Source: Lingula anatina
Taxonomy: Eukaryota > Animalia > Brachiopoda
Assembly (NCBI GenBank): GCA_051362555.1
Contig: CM120645.1
Span: forward strand, 15,996,001 to 16,060,000
Reading direction: 5' to 3'
DNA length: 64,000 nt
In this document: positions 39,091 through 50,641 of the stretch, piece after piece
Position numbering within the stretch: the first letter of the stretch is position 1
Layout: each line of letters starts with the position of its first letter
Program-made: the position numbers and the translations under genes
The notes under the pieces: generated by a model
Databases searched by the model: none
The model's input: only the letters and a program-made list of their open reading frames with translations
What the model was told of the DNA's origin: nothing

Positions 39091-39336
39091 TATAAAAGCT
39101 GAGAATAAAATTGTCCTCAAGGACAAGACAAAATTATAAATAAAGATGATGATAAGATACTTCAATTTGTTTTTATCTATAAATTGCTTTATCATAGCTA
39201 TTAAATTGTCTCCAATGATGAGAAGCTAATACAACCAGATCCAGTATGTGTACACCAGTTACCTTAGTAGAAGTGGTAATAAATAATAATAATAATTATT
39301 ATTATTATTATAATTATAACTATAAATAAATAATAA

Positions 39337-40870
39337 AAACTAGATGGTGCCCATGGGTAGCCATGTTATGTCCCTGCACTTCTCAACATATTAAGCGCAG
39401 CTCACCATCCCATGAATATTTATTATGAGCATCAAATATTGAATAGTGTATTAAGTATTATATCTTCATCCCAACTCTATCAATTGATTGCAGAAGTTCA
39501 CAGAAAACACAAAGTGGAAAGAAATATAACATCAGCCAACCCCCTGTTGCACTAAAATTCCACCATGCCATCTCTGACAGCTAGGAGGGCTACCAATCAC
39601 AGGAGGAATTCACAGAAAGTACACAGTCAAAAGAATTTAGAATCAACCACCCCCAGGGGCAGCCCAACTTCCAGGCATGCTAATATTCTGAAATGCCTAT
39701 GCACATCCCTTAGGACAGGTCTACCAGTCATTAAAGTTACAATTTCCTGACTGTAATGGTCTAGGAGGTGATAGCAGATATTATGATATGATAAAATGCA
39801 AAATCCCCCCCCCCCCCCCCCCTCCTCCAGACAGCCTAACCTCCAGTTGAACTAAATTTCTGAAATGCCCATACACATCTATGAGGACAGGTCTACATGC
39901 ACCAATCACCAAAGTTTCAGCTTGTAAACTTAATTGTCTAGTAGGAGATTATAACGTGAACAGAATTTAGAATTGTTTACCCCCAGGGAAAAGCCCAACC
40001 CCAAGGAACACTAAGAGCGCATTCTCAACAAATTAAGCCAGGCTTTACAAAGCCAGTGACCTAAAAATGGCGGACGTACATGAAAGAAAAAACGCCTAAT
40101 CTTTTAATAGTCTCTCCGCCTCTCACACGCCTCCCCACACGTCGTCCCTGCGGGGTACAGTAATTAAATCTCGGCTCCGAACATTAATATTTCCGTGAAT
40201 ATCTCTGGTGATATTATCTCCGTAGATAGTCGATTCATTGCTGCTCTACGGGCCAAATTATTCCTTTTTGTCTCTGTTTTCAAAGATAATAGAACAGAAG
40301 AGCTTTTTTCCTTCGATCGCCTTCACCCGCCATGCTTTCTTCACCAGGAGTTTAACTGATGAGCATGCGCACTTAATATTTCTCAGGTAGCTTCCGCATG
40401 GCGAACGGAGACGCGATTTAATTACTGTACCCCGCAGGGACGACGTGTGGGGAGGCGGAGAGACTATTAAAAGATAAGGCGGTTTTTCTTTCATGTACGT
40501 CCGCCATTTTTAGGTCACCGGCTTTGTAAAGCCTGGCTTAATTCGTTGAGAATGCGCTCTAAAATTCAAAAGTGCCCATCCCTTAGGACAGGTCTACAAA
40601 TCACCAAAGTTTCAACTTCCTAACTCTAATGCTCTAGGAAGAGTTCACAGAAACAAAAAAAGTGACAGGGATTTAAAGTCAACCACCCCAAGGGACAGCC
40701 AAACACACAGCTAGGCACCCTAAATTCTAAAATGCCCATGCACATTGCTAACCACCGGTCTACTAATAAGTTTCAACTTCTTAACACTGATGGTTTAGGT
40801 GGAGATAGATGAAATTACAATGTGAAAAGAATGCTGAATCAATCATCTCCCCCCCCCAGGGCCAGTCCAA
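39337..40870 (+). repeat. Degenerate tandem repeat (about 170-190-bp units), probably another Helentron-type element
   Basis: Starts aaactagatg; recurring core ctaaattctgaaatgcccat...ttaggacaggtctac...caccaaagtttcaacttc at about 39680, 39850, 40560 and 40720. Confidence 0.55.
40015..40559. mobile_element. PIF/Harbinger-type MITE with about 165-bp TIRs
   Basis: gagcgcattctcaac... / ...gttgagaatgcgctc; TAA TSD at 40012-40014 and 40560-40562; interrupts a unit of the surrounding tandem repeat. Confidence 0.85.
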
Positions 40871-41273
40871 TTATATATATCATGATGGTCCCTTGGAGGC
40901 AGTTGTGGATAACATTGAATAGATAATTTTTAATAAATCACAAACCAAAAGTTCAATGAAATGTAAAGTTTTTTTAGATTCAACTGCATTTAAAGAAATA
41001 TGAGCAATTGATCACAGTTTTATAAGAAATAAAGAGACTAAACAACGATTGCATTATGTATCCTTGTTTCTTCATTATAAATTATAACTTGTTTAATGTA
41101 ATATAGATATGATGTTTACAAGGTAAACTACAAATTAGATCAAATAATTATCTCATTTTCAATTTGATTAGATGCCCAAATGATCCAATGCATTACTGTA
41201 ATACATACCTTCCTCAATCCGATTTTTCTACACTCTGTACCCTTCCACTATGCTCCTGAATTTAAACTGTCTT

Positions 41274-41824
41274 CAGGTCTACCCAACTACCAGACTCGGC
41301 ACCTAAGGATCCTGAATTAACCGGTAAATCGGACCAAGCTACCCGTTTTCAAGGTGTGTGTCAGATCGCATTTCGGAGTATCATCCCCCAGAGCAAATTT
41401 TGTAGCACGACTGCGGGCTCATCCACGCTCGGCTGAACAACCTTAAACTGTACTCTTACTTTAGAGTACTCTATTTTATTGTCTCTATGGGGATATATGG
41501 GGACTTTACGACATTCGGTTTGAATGTTTTAACCACTTTTGATAGGGCTTTTTTGCATTGTATAAGAGTAATGTGGCAGTCTAAGGTTCATCTAGGTGGC
41601 TTTCAAAATTATGCAGCTGGTTTTAAAATCATATAGCGATTTTACGACAATCGTTTACTATCCAATCAAGGTGACAGCCGAGCATGCCAGGGCTCATCCT
41701 GTCGGTGTTCTGGCTGATACTCCGAAATGCGATCTGACACACACCTTGAAAACGGGTAGTGTGGTCCAATATACCAGTTAATTCAGGATCCTTAGGTGCC
41801 GAGTCTGGTAGTTGGGTAGGCCTG
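41274..41824. mobile_element. MITE with about 110-bp TIRs and 5-bp TSD (hAT5-like)
   Basis: caggtctacccaactaccagactcggcacctaaggatcc / ggatccttaggtgccgagtctggtagttgggtaggcctg; TSD gtctt at 41269-41273 and 41825-41829. Confidence 0.85.
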
Positions 41825-42326
41825 GTCTTGATATCTGTATACTCATTTGGTGCTTGTCTCATATAAACAAAGACTTAGACAGGATACCACACATCTGATA
41901 ACACCTAATAGGCGGTTACTGTTACTAGTGTAACAATAGCTACAGGAGTAGTGACCTAATAATAGGTGCCAGGCTAACAAAAGAAATTCACAGTTGTTGA
42001 ATCTGTGGTTATGGCTGGTGGAGTAGGGCATTCTCTAGCTAACATCAGTTGACTGTTAAACCTTACAAGTGATTGAGCATGGTTTATAATAAAATGTATC
42101 TTTATAAACATATTAATTTGTCCTTGTTTCCCATCCTTTATGAGGGACAGTACTATACCCATAATGTTCACTTATGCTTTTACATTATATTTTATATATT
42201 AGGCAGGATTGCACTTTCACTTTTTAAAACAGCCAAGGTCAGGTAAAATCTGATTAGATAAGGTTGACTTTCAATATAATAGAAGAAATATGAAGTGAAT
42301 ATGATCACACAAAAAGTAAAAATACA

Positions 42327-43205
42327 TTATATACTGATATTAAGACCAGTTTCATTATTTTTCATTCAACCCGGCTTTATAAAAAATCACTATATGAATT
42401 AGCATAGGATTTCCTATAGGTTCCTATAGAAATTCCTATAAGATTTCCTATAGGATCCTATAGGAATTTTTGTAATGGTCTGAAAATATATTAAAAATTA
42501 AAATTATATACTGATATTTAGACCAGATTCATTATTTTTCATATATTCCGTCCTTATAAAAATTCCCTATATGAATTAGCATAGGAGTTCCTATAGGTTC
42601 CTATAGAAATTCCTATTAGATTTCCTATAGGATCCTATAGGAATTTTTGTAATGGTCTGAACATATATTAAAAATTAAAATTATATACTGATATTTAGAC
42701 CAGATTCTTATTTTTCATATATTCCGTCCTTATAAAAATTCCCTGTATGAATTAGCATAGGAGTTCCTATAGGTTCCTATAGAAATAATTCAAATTCCTA
42801 TAAGATTTTCTATAGGATCCTATAGGAATTTTTGTAATGGTCTGAACATAAATTTAAAAAATAATTTCAGCTTCAATGATTTGGTACAAAAACATTCCTA
42901 ATGATAAAATATTTCTCCATAAAAGATTACTTTACAAATGATCAATTTTTCAAGATTTCTTTAAAATAGAAATTAAAGAATTTCTATAGAATCCTATAGA
43001 AGACTATAAGATTGTGCATTACAAACAATAAAAAGCATTTTTGCTTTTAATAGTGATATATAATTGACAATTCAACTGATAAAATTGACCTATATCAAAT
43101 ATCTATTGTTTAGAATGATATTTGTTTATAAGTTATGTATTTTTCTCAAGATTTTAACTTACAACAATTTCCTATAGGATCCTATAGGAAATTTTCGTAA
43201 GGGTA
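42327..43205. repeat. About 178-bp tandem repeat (3 units) rich in CCTATAGG palindromes; probably one end of a DNA transposon
   Basis: Unit with tcctataggttcctatagaaattcctataagatttcctataggatcctataggaa three times, plus a final block ending ...ttttcgtaaggg-ta. Confidence 0.7.
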
Positions 43206-43532
43206 GTTTCTGAAAATCAGCACAAATGTATTTTTTTCAGAAAATTTCAATTTTTTAATTGGAAAATTGTGACCTGTTTGACCTTGAAATAAAGGTCAAA
43301 GGTCAAATCCAAAAGCATATTTGAAATCTCCACATATGACTATCAGTCAGCCATTTGCAGAAATTTTCCCCATAATTCAATCCTTCAGTTTGGGAGATAT
43401 TAAGTATTTAATTTTGCAAATTTTGCAACACCTAGACTCATGCACCGACAAAGCCCAAAATTTACATGGACTGAGTTGAGATTATATGTGACCTAAAAAC
43501 AAGAGATAGGTATGCAGGCTCTTGTAGTCTAA

Positions 43533-43747
43533 GGCTCTATTCCCATAGATTTTAGATCGATCTATCCCCGCAGGGAGTCTCACTAGATTACTTTCAGATA
43601 ACCCGACTTAAATGTCCGTCCCGCCTACTACAAGCTGTAAGGGTGTAATTAACTTTCATGTCCGCCCGGCTGACAGCTATATAGCGTGAACCCCCAGGGA
43701 GTTAGGTCGATCTAAAGTAGGTCAATCTAATCTATGGAAATGGGGTG
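43533..43747 (+). mobile_element. About 215-bp PIF/Harbinger-type MITE
   Basis: TAA TSD at 43530-43532 and 43748-43750; inverted full copy at 50147-50361; half copies at about 7925-8043 and 20714-20832. Confidence 0.8.
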
Positions 43748-44299
43748 TAAGAGGAGAATTAAGCAGTGACGGTGACGTGGCAGCAGAGCTGGTGGATGAG
43801 ACCACCGGTGGTACAATTAACCTCCCCTTGACTTAGTTCTAACATATGCTAATAAATTTTCAGAAATTCATTTGTCAATCTTCCCATAAAAACAAACATA
43901 CAGTAAGGCAACTTTTTTCTGGAAACTCTCCCGAGTTTGTCCGATGATTTACAGAACTTACTTTTTTAAGGCACTCAAGGCAAGAAGTATCAAACCAATC
44001 AAAACTCACTAAACAAGAGGAACATAATGTATATACAGGTAAAAACTGTTAGTAGCTTTCTTAATTTATACATGATATAAAACCCATTTTCACCTGAATT
44101 TTTACACATTAAAATTCAGTCTGTTAACATTAACCTGTTTATAAAATATTTTTTCATGTTCTATACTGTATAAAAACTGGTACTGGTAGCTTTTCTTTTA
44201 GAACTGAGACCCTTTATATGTTTCACAGGTCTTCTAAATAATGAGACAATTCAATTACAAAATCTGTACAAGGGTATTAAAAATCCTATAATACACTTA

Positions 44300-44476
44300 C
44301 TGGGGTAGCGCTAGCACTTTATTTTTCGCTTAGCCAAATTGCCACCTTTTTGTCAATTTATAATCCAAATGGTTTCAATTTGACTAGCATTAATCAAATC
44401 AAGCTCTTTTTTTGTTTAGCCAATTTAAGTCAGTTTTAGCATTTGGCTAAATTGGCGAGTGTTGGCGCCACCCCAG
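44300..44476. mobile_element. 177-bp MITE with 5-bp TSD
   Basis: TIR ctggggtagcgctagcact / agtgttggcgccaccccag; TSD actta at 44295-44299 and 44477-44481. Confidence 0.75.
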
Positions 44477-45737
44477 ACTTAGTATGATTACCTGAGTATA
44501 TATTAAAAGAATTTATCCCTCATACTCCTACTCCTAATCTTCCACCCGGACTTTAACACAGCAACTCTTAATCCCTGTTTTTTTCAAAACATTTTCCACA
44601 ATGCTTTTATATATACTGAAGCTATTCACCAAAGTATGCCTATGTATATATATACCTTTTGTAAATAATTGTACCTAGCACATTACGACACAGTCTAGCT
44701 ATTTCTGGTCTACAATACAACGAATAATTTTCTTTATAATATGTTTTCCACAAGTTATGGTTCACAGCAATTCAAAAAGATTTTGTTGCCACAGAATAAC
44801 AATTGCACTAATTTCCCATTGTCATTTGAAAGATATCAACACCTTTGAAAATATATCTTTTAAAAATACAAAACCCTTACCTGTTGCCATATATTTTGTC
44901 CTGTAGTGTAACATACTAACATGCTGTTTTGGAAAAAATATAAAAAGAAAAAGCAAAAGTTTTATAACACATCAACTTTAACCATACATCAATGTGAACA
45001 TATACTAGTACAGTTATACTAGTATGTTACAGGTAGAATGTTTGACTTTTAACTTAGACTTTAGTCAAGGGCATAAATATTAGGTTGCTGTTTGACCATA
45101 TCCTTATCTACGACCCACATACTTTCTGTTTGGCAGAACACCAGACACTTAGGCCACAAGACATAATTCATGCAGTGGTTGACATGATACTGATTTGATT
45201 GAACCCTACAAAATGCCACGACTGACCAGGATTTAAAACAGGCCATACAAAATCACCAAAGTTGATGTATATACATACTAGTACATGTATGAACTGTAGT
45301 CTATAAGGTGTCCCTCATTATAATTTCAAACCATTTCCATTTTCACAAGTGTAAATTTCTGCCTATAGACATTTTGATAAAAAGATGATAAATTAAGATA
45401 TATTCAAAGCCGTTAACCACACTAAATGTGCCAAATTTTCGCAAGAGTCATCAATAAAAAGCAAAACTATTTGTCCTTTTGGATTAAACCTTCTAACCAA
45501 AAGGAACATCTACAGTGTATATATATATACTGCCATGGCAGTAATAGGGCTCATTTAACTTTGTGTGTTTTTGACAAGTCTGGCTTGATTTCTGAGCCGT
45601 ACTCACTCAGGCTCTTGTGAGTTTCCTGTGACAGTAACAGTCAAGGCAACAAGAAAGTAGGCATCAATATAACTGTTCCCATTGGCTGGCCAACTCACCA
45701 CATTGACAGGAAAAAAAAGAGTTCAACTGAAGTCTAA

Positions 45738-45981
45738 GGCTTCGTTCACATGGAAAGTCTATTTTCTAAAAATCTAGTTTCTATTTGCGGTATATCTTGT
45801 GATCACGGTCTGTGCCCTGAATATAACATGGCGTAATTATTAATTCCACGAGAATTAATTACAGCTTTGTATAAGTAACTGGCTCGTGCTGCCAGTAATT
45901 ACGCCGCGGGATATTCAGGGCACAGACCGTGATCATAAGATACCGCGAATAGAAAATAGATTTTTAGAAAATAGACATTCC
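45738..45981. mobile_element. Palindromic MITE, right end truncated
   Basis: About 85-bp arms gtctattttctaaaaatcta...atcacggtctgtgccctgaatat versus atattcagggcacagaccgtgat...tagatttttagaaaatagac. Confidence 0.7.
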
Positions 45982-46276
45982 ACAACATCATTGGATATTC
46001 ATTCATATAATTGGCAAGGAATATGGAGTTAAAAGACCCAAAGAAACTGTTGTCACAGGGGCATCTGAAGTTCTTTACACTCAAAACATATTATCGGCCA
46101 GACCTAGCTTATGGACAACTTGGGAGGGGTGAAGGGGGGTTATAACATATACATGGTCACAAATTTTGTCGCTCACTGACTGGTCGATAGCGGTCATGTG
46201 CATATAAAATATCAGATAATAGAGAACGGTCAGTGAATAAAGGTTTAGAAATATTTATGAAAAAGTTTCACTTTAG

Positions 46277-46331
46277 AGGTTGAACCAGGACTTCTCACTA
46301 CCAGGTGTGACATGTTAGCCACAAGGCCATC
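46277..46331 (-). repeat. Degenerate tRNA-derived (SINE-head-like) fragment
   Basis: Minus strand gaTGGCCTTGTGGctaa...ctGGTTCAACCt has Pol III A-box- and B-box-like motifs at tRNA spacing; no full cloverleaf. Confidence 0.35.
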
Positions 46332-48981
46332 ATGTCTGGTATGGCACGTGGCCATAAAAAATAAAAATAAAAAAACTATTTGAGTGTTGAATGAAAAGGT
46401 GCTAAATTATCCATGTAGCTGAAACAAACAGAAGTTCAGTCACAGAAATAAAAACAAACCAAATATCTACATCATTTCCAAACCCACAGGAAAAACAGAT
46501 TTAAGAATTAGAAAAATACACGTTTTTCTTTTCTCTGGCATGATAAGCCTGACAAAATTAAAAGCATTTAATTTGTTAAAAGACTATAAAGTTGGGTGCA
46601 TGAAAATGGTAAGTGTGAGGCACTTCCTAAAGTCGTTGAAATTCCATGGGTGAGAAGACTTATGTTAATTGAAAATAAAGAATGGAAAAATACTACTATT
46701 TTAGCTAAATATGGAGACAATGAGAAACTAATCACATGTGATACAGAATATTCATAGATTTCTAGATTCAATCCTGTATAAAACCCATGTTAAAACTTAC
46801 GAAATGTAATCACTTTTTGAGAAAATTGTCCTTTTGTTCATAAATTCAAATTCACAGACTAATTATCATACCAGGCTGTTTCTGTTTTCAGCTCTTCTTC
46901 CATTTTACTAGATTGGCAGTCCTCCAATAATATTTGCTCCACGTTAGACTGCCTTCACCTATCATCAACAGGTTTGCCCTGGTCTTCCTCTATATTTCAT
47001 TGAAACCTCTGGGAATGTCCCATTACAAATTTAACTATAATAATGTTAATCGATCTCTTCAAATGCTTTCCAGTATGTGTCTTATCTTGATTACATATAA
47101 GGTAATTACTCTTAATCTTTTCAACTGGCGAAAATGATCAAACTTTCAGACACATAATTTTAGTATCACAAAAATTGTATTTCTATTCGCACTTGTGGTG
47201 CTTTTACTGCATACTGGTAGAATAAAACTATAGAGAAGCCTGATTTTTTATTTTGCTGCTACCACTTCAAGAAATCATAACTTATATACAGTACCTGTAG
47301 AATTCACAATTTTACCCCACTGAAAAGATTGAACAATTACCATATCTACCTTTCCTGAATATGAGCACCTGGTGTTGCTATAGCAGCTGTCTACCTGCAT
47401 GGAAAACAGCTTTATCATAAATTAATACAGCATTCAATACACTTGAATCTGGGACTAAGACAGATGTTGGCATTATGTATCTTTGTGATTCTGATAAAAG
47501 ATAAAGGCAGATTAAATGTGAGTGACAATCATACATTTAGAAAATTCACCAAATGCTCTGACTTATGGACTGATATGATATCTACAAATTTATCAGGGTA
47601 TAGCAATAATCACGCTACAGAAATCATATGCAGGACACCCTACAGTATACCAATGGAAAACTGCATGCTCACTATAGGAAATGTTTATACTGAATTTTAA
47701 TTCAAACAATCAATATTATATTCAATTACTTACATATTCAATACATATTGAAAAATCTGCTGAACAAAATTAAATTTTCACCAAATCATAGACAAACTGA
47801 CTGCAAATATTTTTTTTAAGTGTTGTCAACATAATATATGCATAATGATAAAATATGAATAACTCCGAAACTGGAACTTACATTTAACAACAGACTGATG
47901 CTGTGGTCTCAACCCGCGGCCTTTTACTAGGTAAATGACCTGGATGGACAGGTCACCTGATCTATTGTCATACAGCTAGGAATAGTCTCCAGTGTTCCTT
48001 CCCATATGTACGAGAGGTTTCACCTGAAACAATTAAGGAAGGAGGCATGTCGCATCACCTGAACGTCAAGCTTGAATTTTTTCCACCAGTTAATTTATCT
48101 AACCATCGCTAGTCTATGGTAAATGTAATAAAAATAGTATATCTCTCAAACTAAAGCTGAAAATCTGCAAATTCAAAAGAATACTCAGATATGACCATAG
48201 GCACATAAATATTAACATATACTGCGTCTCACCTGTAAAAGCTCCATTCTCCACATCTAGATACACGTAATCCAAACAGCTTTTAGCACAGTCAGTATTA
48301 CCAGCTGTCATGTCATATTTCTAAAAATGATCAATATAATAATAATACGTCATTGTCTCCATTATACAAAACACATACTGGTATGCTGGCCTCAATGTGA
48401 AGTGCAATTAATTAAGGGGAAAATGATTGATTTTTACTTTGAGTGGGACACTGAACACAGTGTATGAGTGAAATATTCATTCTTGCTAAAATAAAATTGA
48501 CTTTCATTTTTTTTAACCATAAGACATTAACTGTAAATAACATAACCTATAATTTTTAATGTGAAATACTCATAATTTTCATTTTATTTGATAAGACTGA
48601 GCATGTCCAATGAAGCACTTTTAAATTATTTATATAAGCATTTAAGCACTCCTATATTTATATTTTCTGATATATGCACTAGTACATATCAGAAAATGTA
48701 AACAGGAGTGTTGAAAAGGAAACTTCATGGCAGCACTTATCAATAAAATTGTCTCACTTATCATCTCTATGAACTAATAAAATTCTTTACTGCACATGCA
48801 GCTAGGTCATGAAGGGAAGGATGCTTTTGGTTGGAAAATGCCTGCATGCCCAGAATTAAAATAGAGGTGAAGATCTACCAGTAGGGTCTAGAGTCCCACC
48901 CTATTTCTAAAGTTAACACAACTAACTTAGGTAAGAATCTCCACTTTTTCGGTGGAAGAATCATCTCTGCATTGCACCGTA

Positions 48982-49139
48982 GGGGCCGTAGCAATAGTCC
49001 GAAGGTTCATTGGTCCGAATATTCACTATAGAACCTTCGGACCAATGAACCCTTGATTAAAAAATCGATGAAAATGTTACCACTTTTCGGACCAATGAAC
49101 CTTCGGACCAATGAACCTTCGGACTATCGAGACGCCCCC
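48982..49139. mobile_element. 158-bp MITE with 8-bp TSD and internal 16-bp repeats
   Basis: TSD gcaccgta at 48974-48981 and 49140-49147; GGGG...CCCC termini; repeats ttcggaccaatgaacc in both orientations. Confidence 0.8.
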
Positions 49140-49533
49140 GCACCGTATTGCGTATTTAATTAAGGGACACCGCTAGTAAATAGCTAGTAAAAGTGTAATG
49201 CATTGTGAATTTCATCGATCATGAAAAGGAGGGTGCATGTAAACAAAGCTCATGTTGAATATTGGATGTCCAACGTTTTAGGATAAACAAACCTTATGCA
49301 AAGTAATAAAGCAGTCAAGTTTTGAATAATTTTAAAATTTCAAAATTCTTGTACAGCCCGCCTTTAACAGTATACATGGAGAAGCTGTAAAGAAATCAAA
49401 GTTAAAATATCTTAACAAGCACAAATTACATATGAACTTTGTTTAAATCATCGTTTTGAGATAAATTACAATAACCCGAGAAATTAACTGAATAATCTGC
49501 AAATGGTCGGTATTTGCCTCACATTCCTCTTTC

Positions 49534-50604
49534 TCAAATTTCTGCATACTTTCCTCTTTTTGCAACAGCAATGCGGTAGGTGTTCCCAAGCACAAGACAG
49601 ACCAAAGTGAAAGCCCATCTACCAAAGTAGGAAAACTCAACGCGATGAACCTCATACATATGAAATGTATTACATAATTCATTCATTATTCTCTTGTTCA
49701 TGTACGCATTTCCCCATCGATTGCAGTCATTTTAATTAAAATTAACATGCACGAAACTCAAAGTGCCAACCTTCTAGCGTTAACAAACGTTATCGTTAAT
49801 CATTCTGTTTCAAGCTGCTAAGACTTTTAAGAAAAAATCGCTGGCAGGGTTTTGGAGTATAAAATATGATGTCTATAAATCGGTGTCGAAACGGTGATTG
49901 TGGGTGCTCAGGTAAAAGTGAAATTTGAGAAACCGATTTTGAGATTTTACACAAAATCGCAATTATGAAGTCACCCGTAAGATAACATAGGCCTAAATTT
50001 GTAAATGTAAATCATTGTAGTCACTGAACATTGAAGATTTATCTATTACCCCAAAAATTCCATGTAGGGCAGTAAATAAGGAGTCTTGGGGGAAGGGTGA
50101 CAATATCCATAAGATTGCAAGCCAATTGGTTGAAGTTGCACAAAAAGACCCCATTTCCAGAGATTAGATCGATCTACTTTAGATCGACCTAACTCCCTGG
50201 GGGTTCACGCTAAATCGCTGTCAGCCGAGCGGACACGAAAGTTAATTACCCCCTTACAGCTTGTAGTAGGCGGGACGGACATTTAAGCCGGATTATCTGA
50301 CAGTAATCTAGTGAGACTCCCCGCGGGGATAGATCGATCTAAAAGCTCTGGGAATACAGCCTAAGTTAAAAGAATGCTACTTGAATTTTGAAACTACTGT
50401 ACAAGCGATAAAAGATGACATTTTGCTACTGGGATTTGGCATATGGAATAAAGGAATATCGGAATCTTTCAGTCTTAAATTTTGGCACATTATGTCTATT
50501 GTTTGATCTTAAAATAGGCCTACGTCGTTTCTTATTCACAAATCCAATTGCTTAAAGCTGTTTATGTACATTCTAATTTGGAGGTAATAACAAGTTAGAA
50601 TTAG

Positions 50605-50641
<37 letters not shown>

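Noticed and set aside
49443-49682. ORF-track frame DGLSLWSVLCLG... as the last exon of the MAM gene
   Set aside because: It is phase-compatible only if exon 51515-51428 is skipped; including that exon (strong gtaagt donor) selects another frame that gives a more coherent hydrophobic tail. Not excluded as a minor isoform
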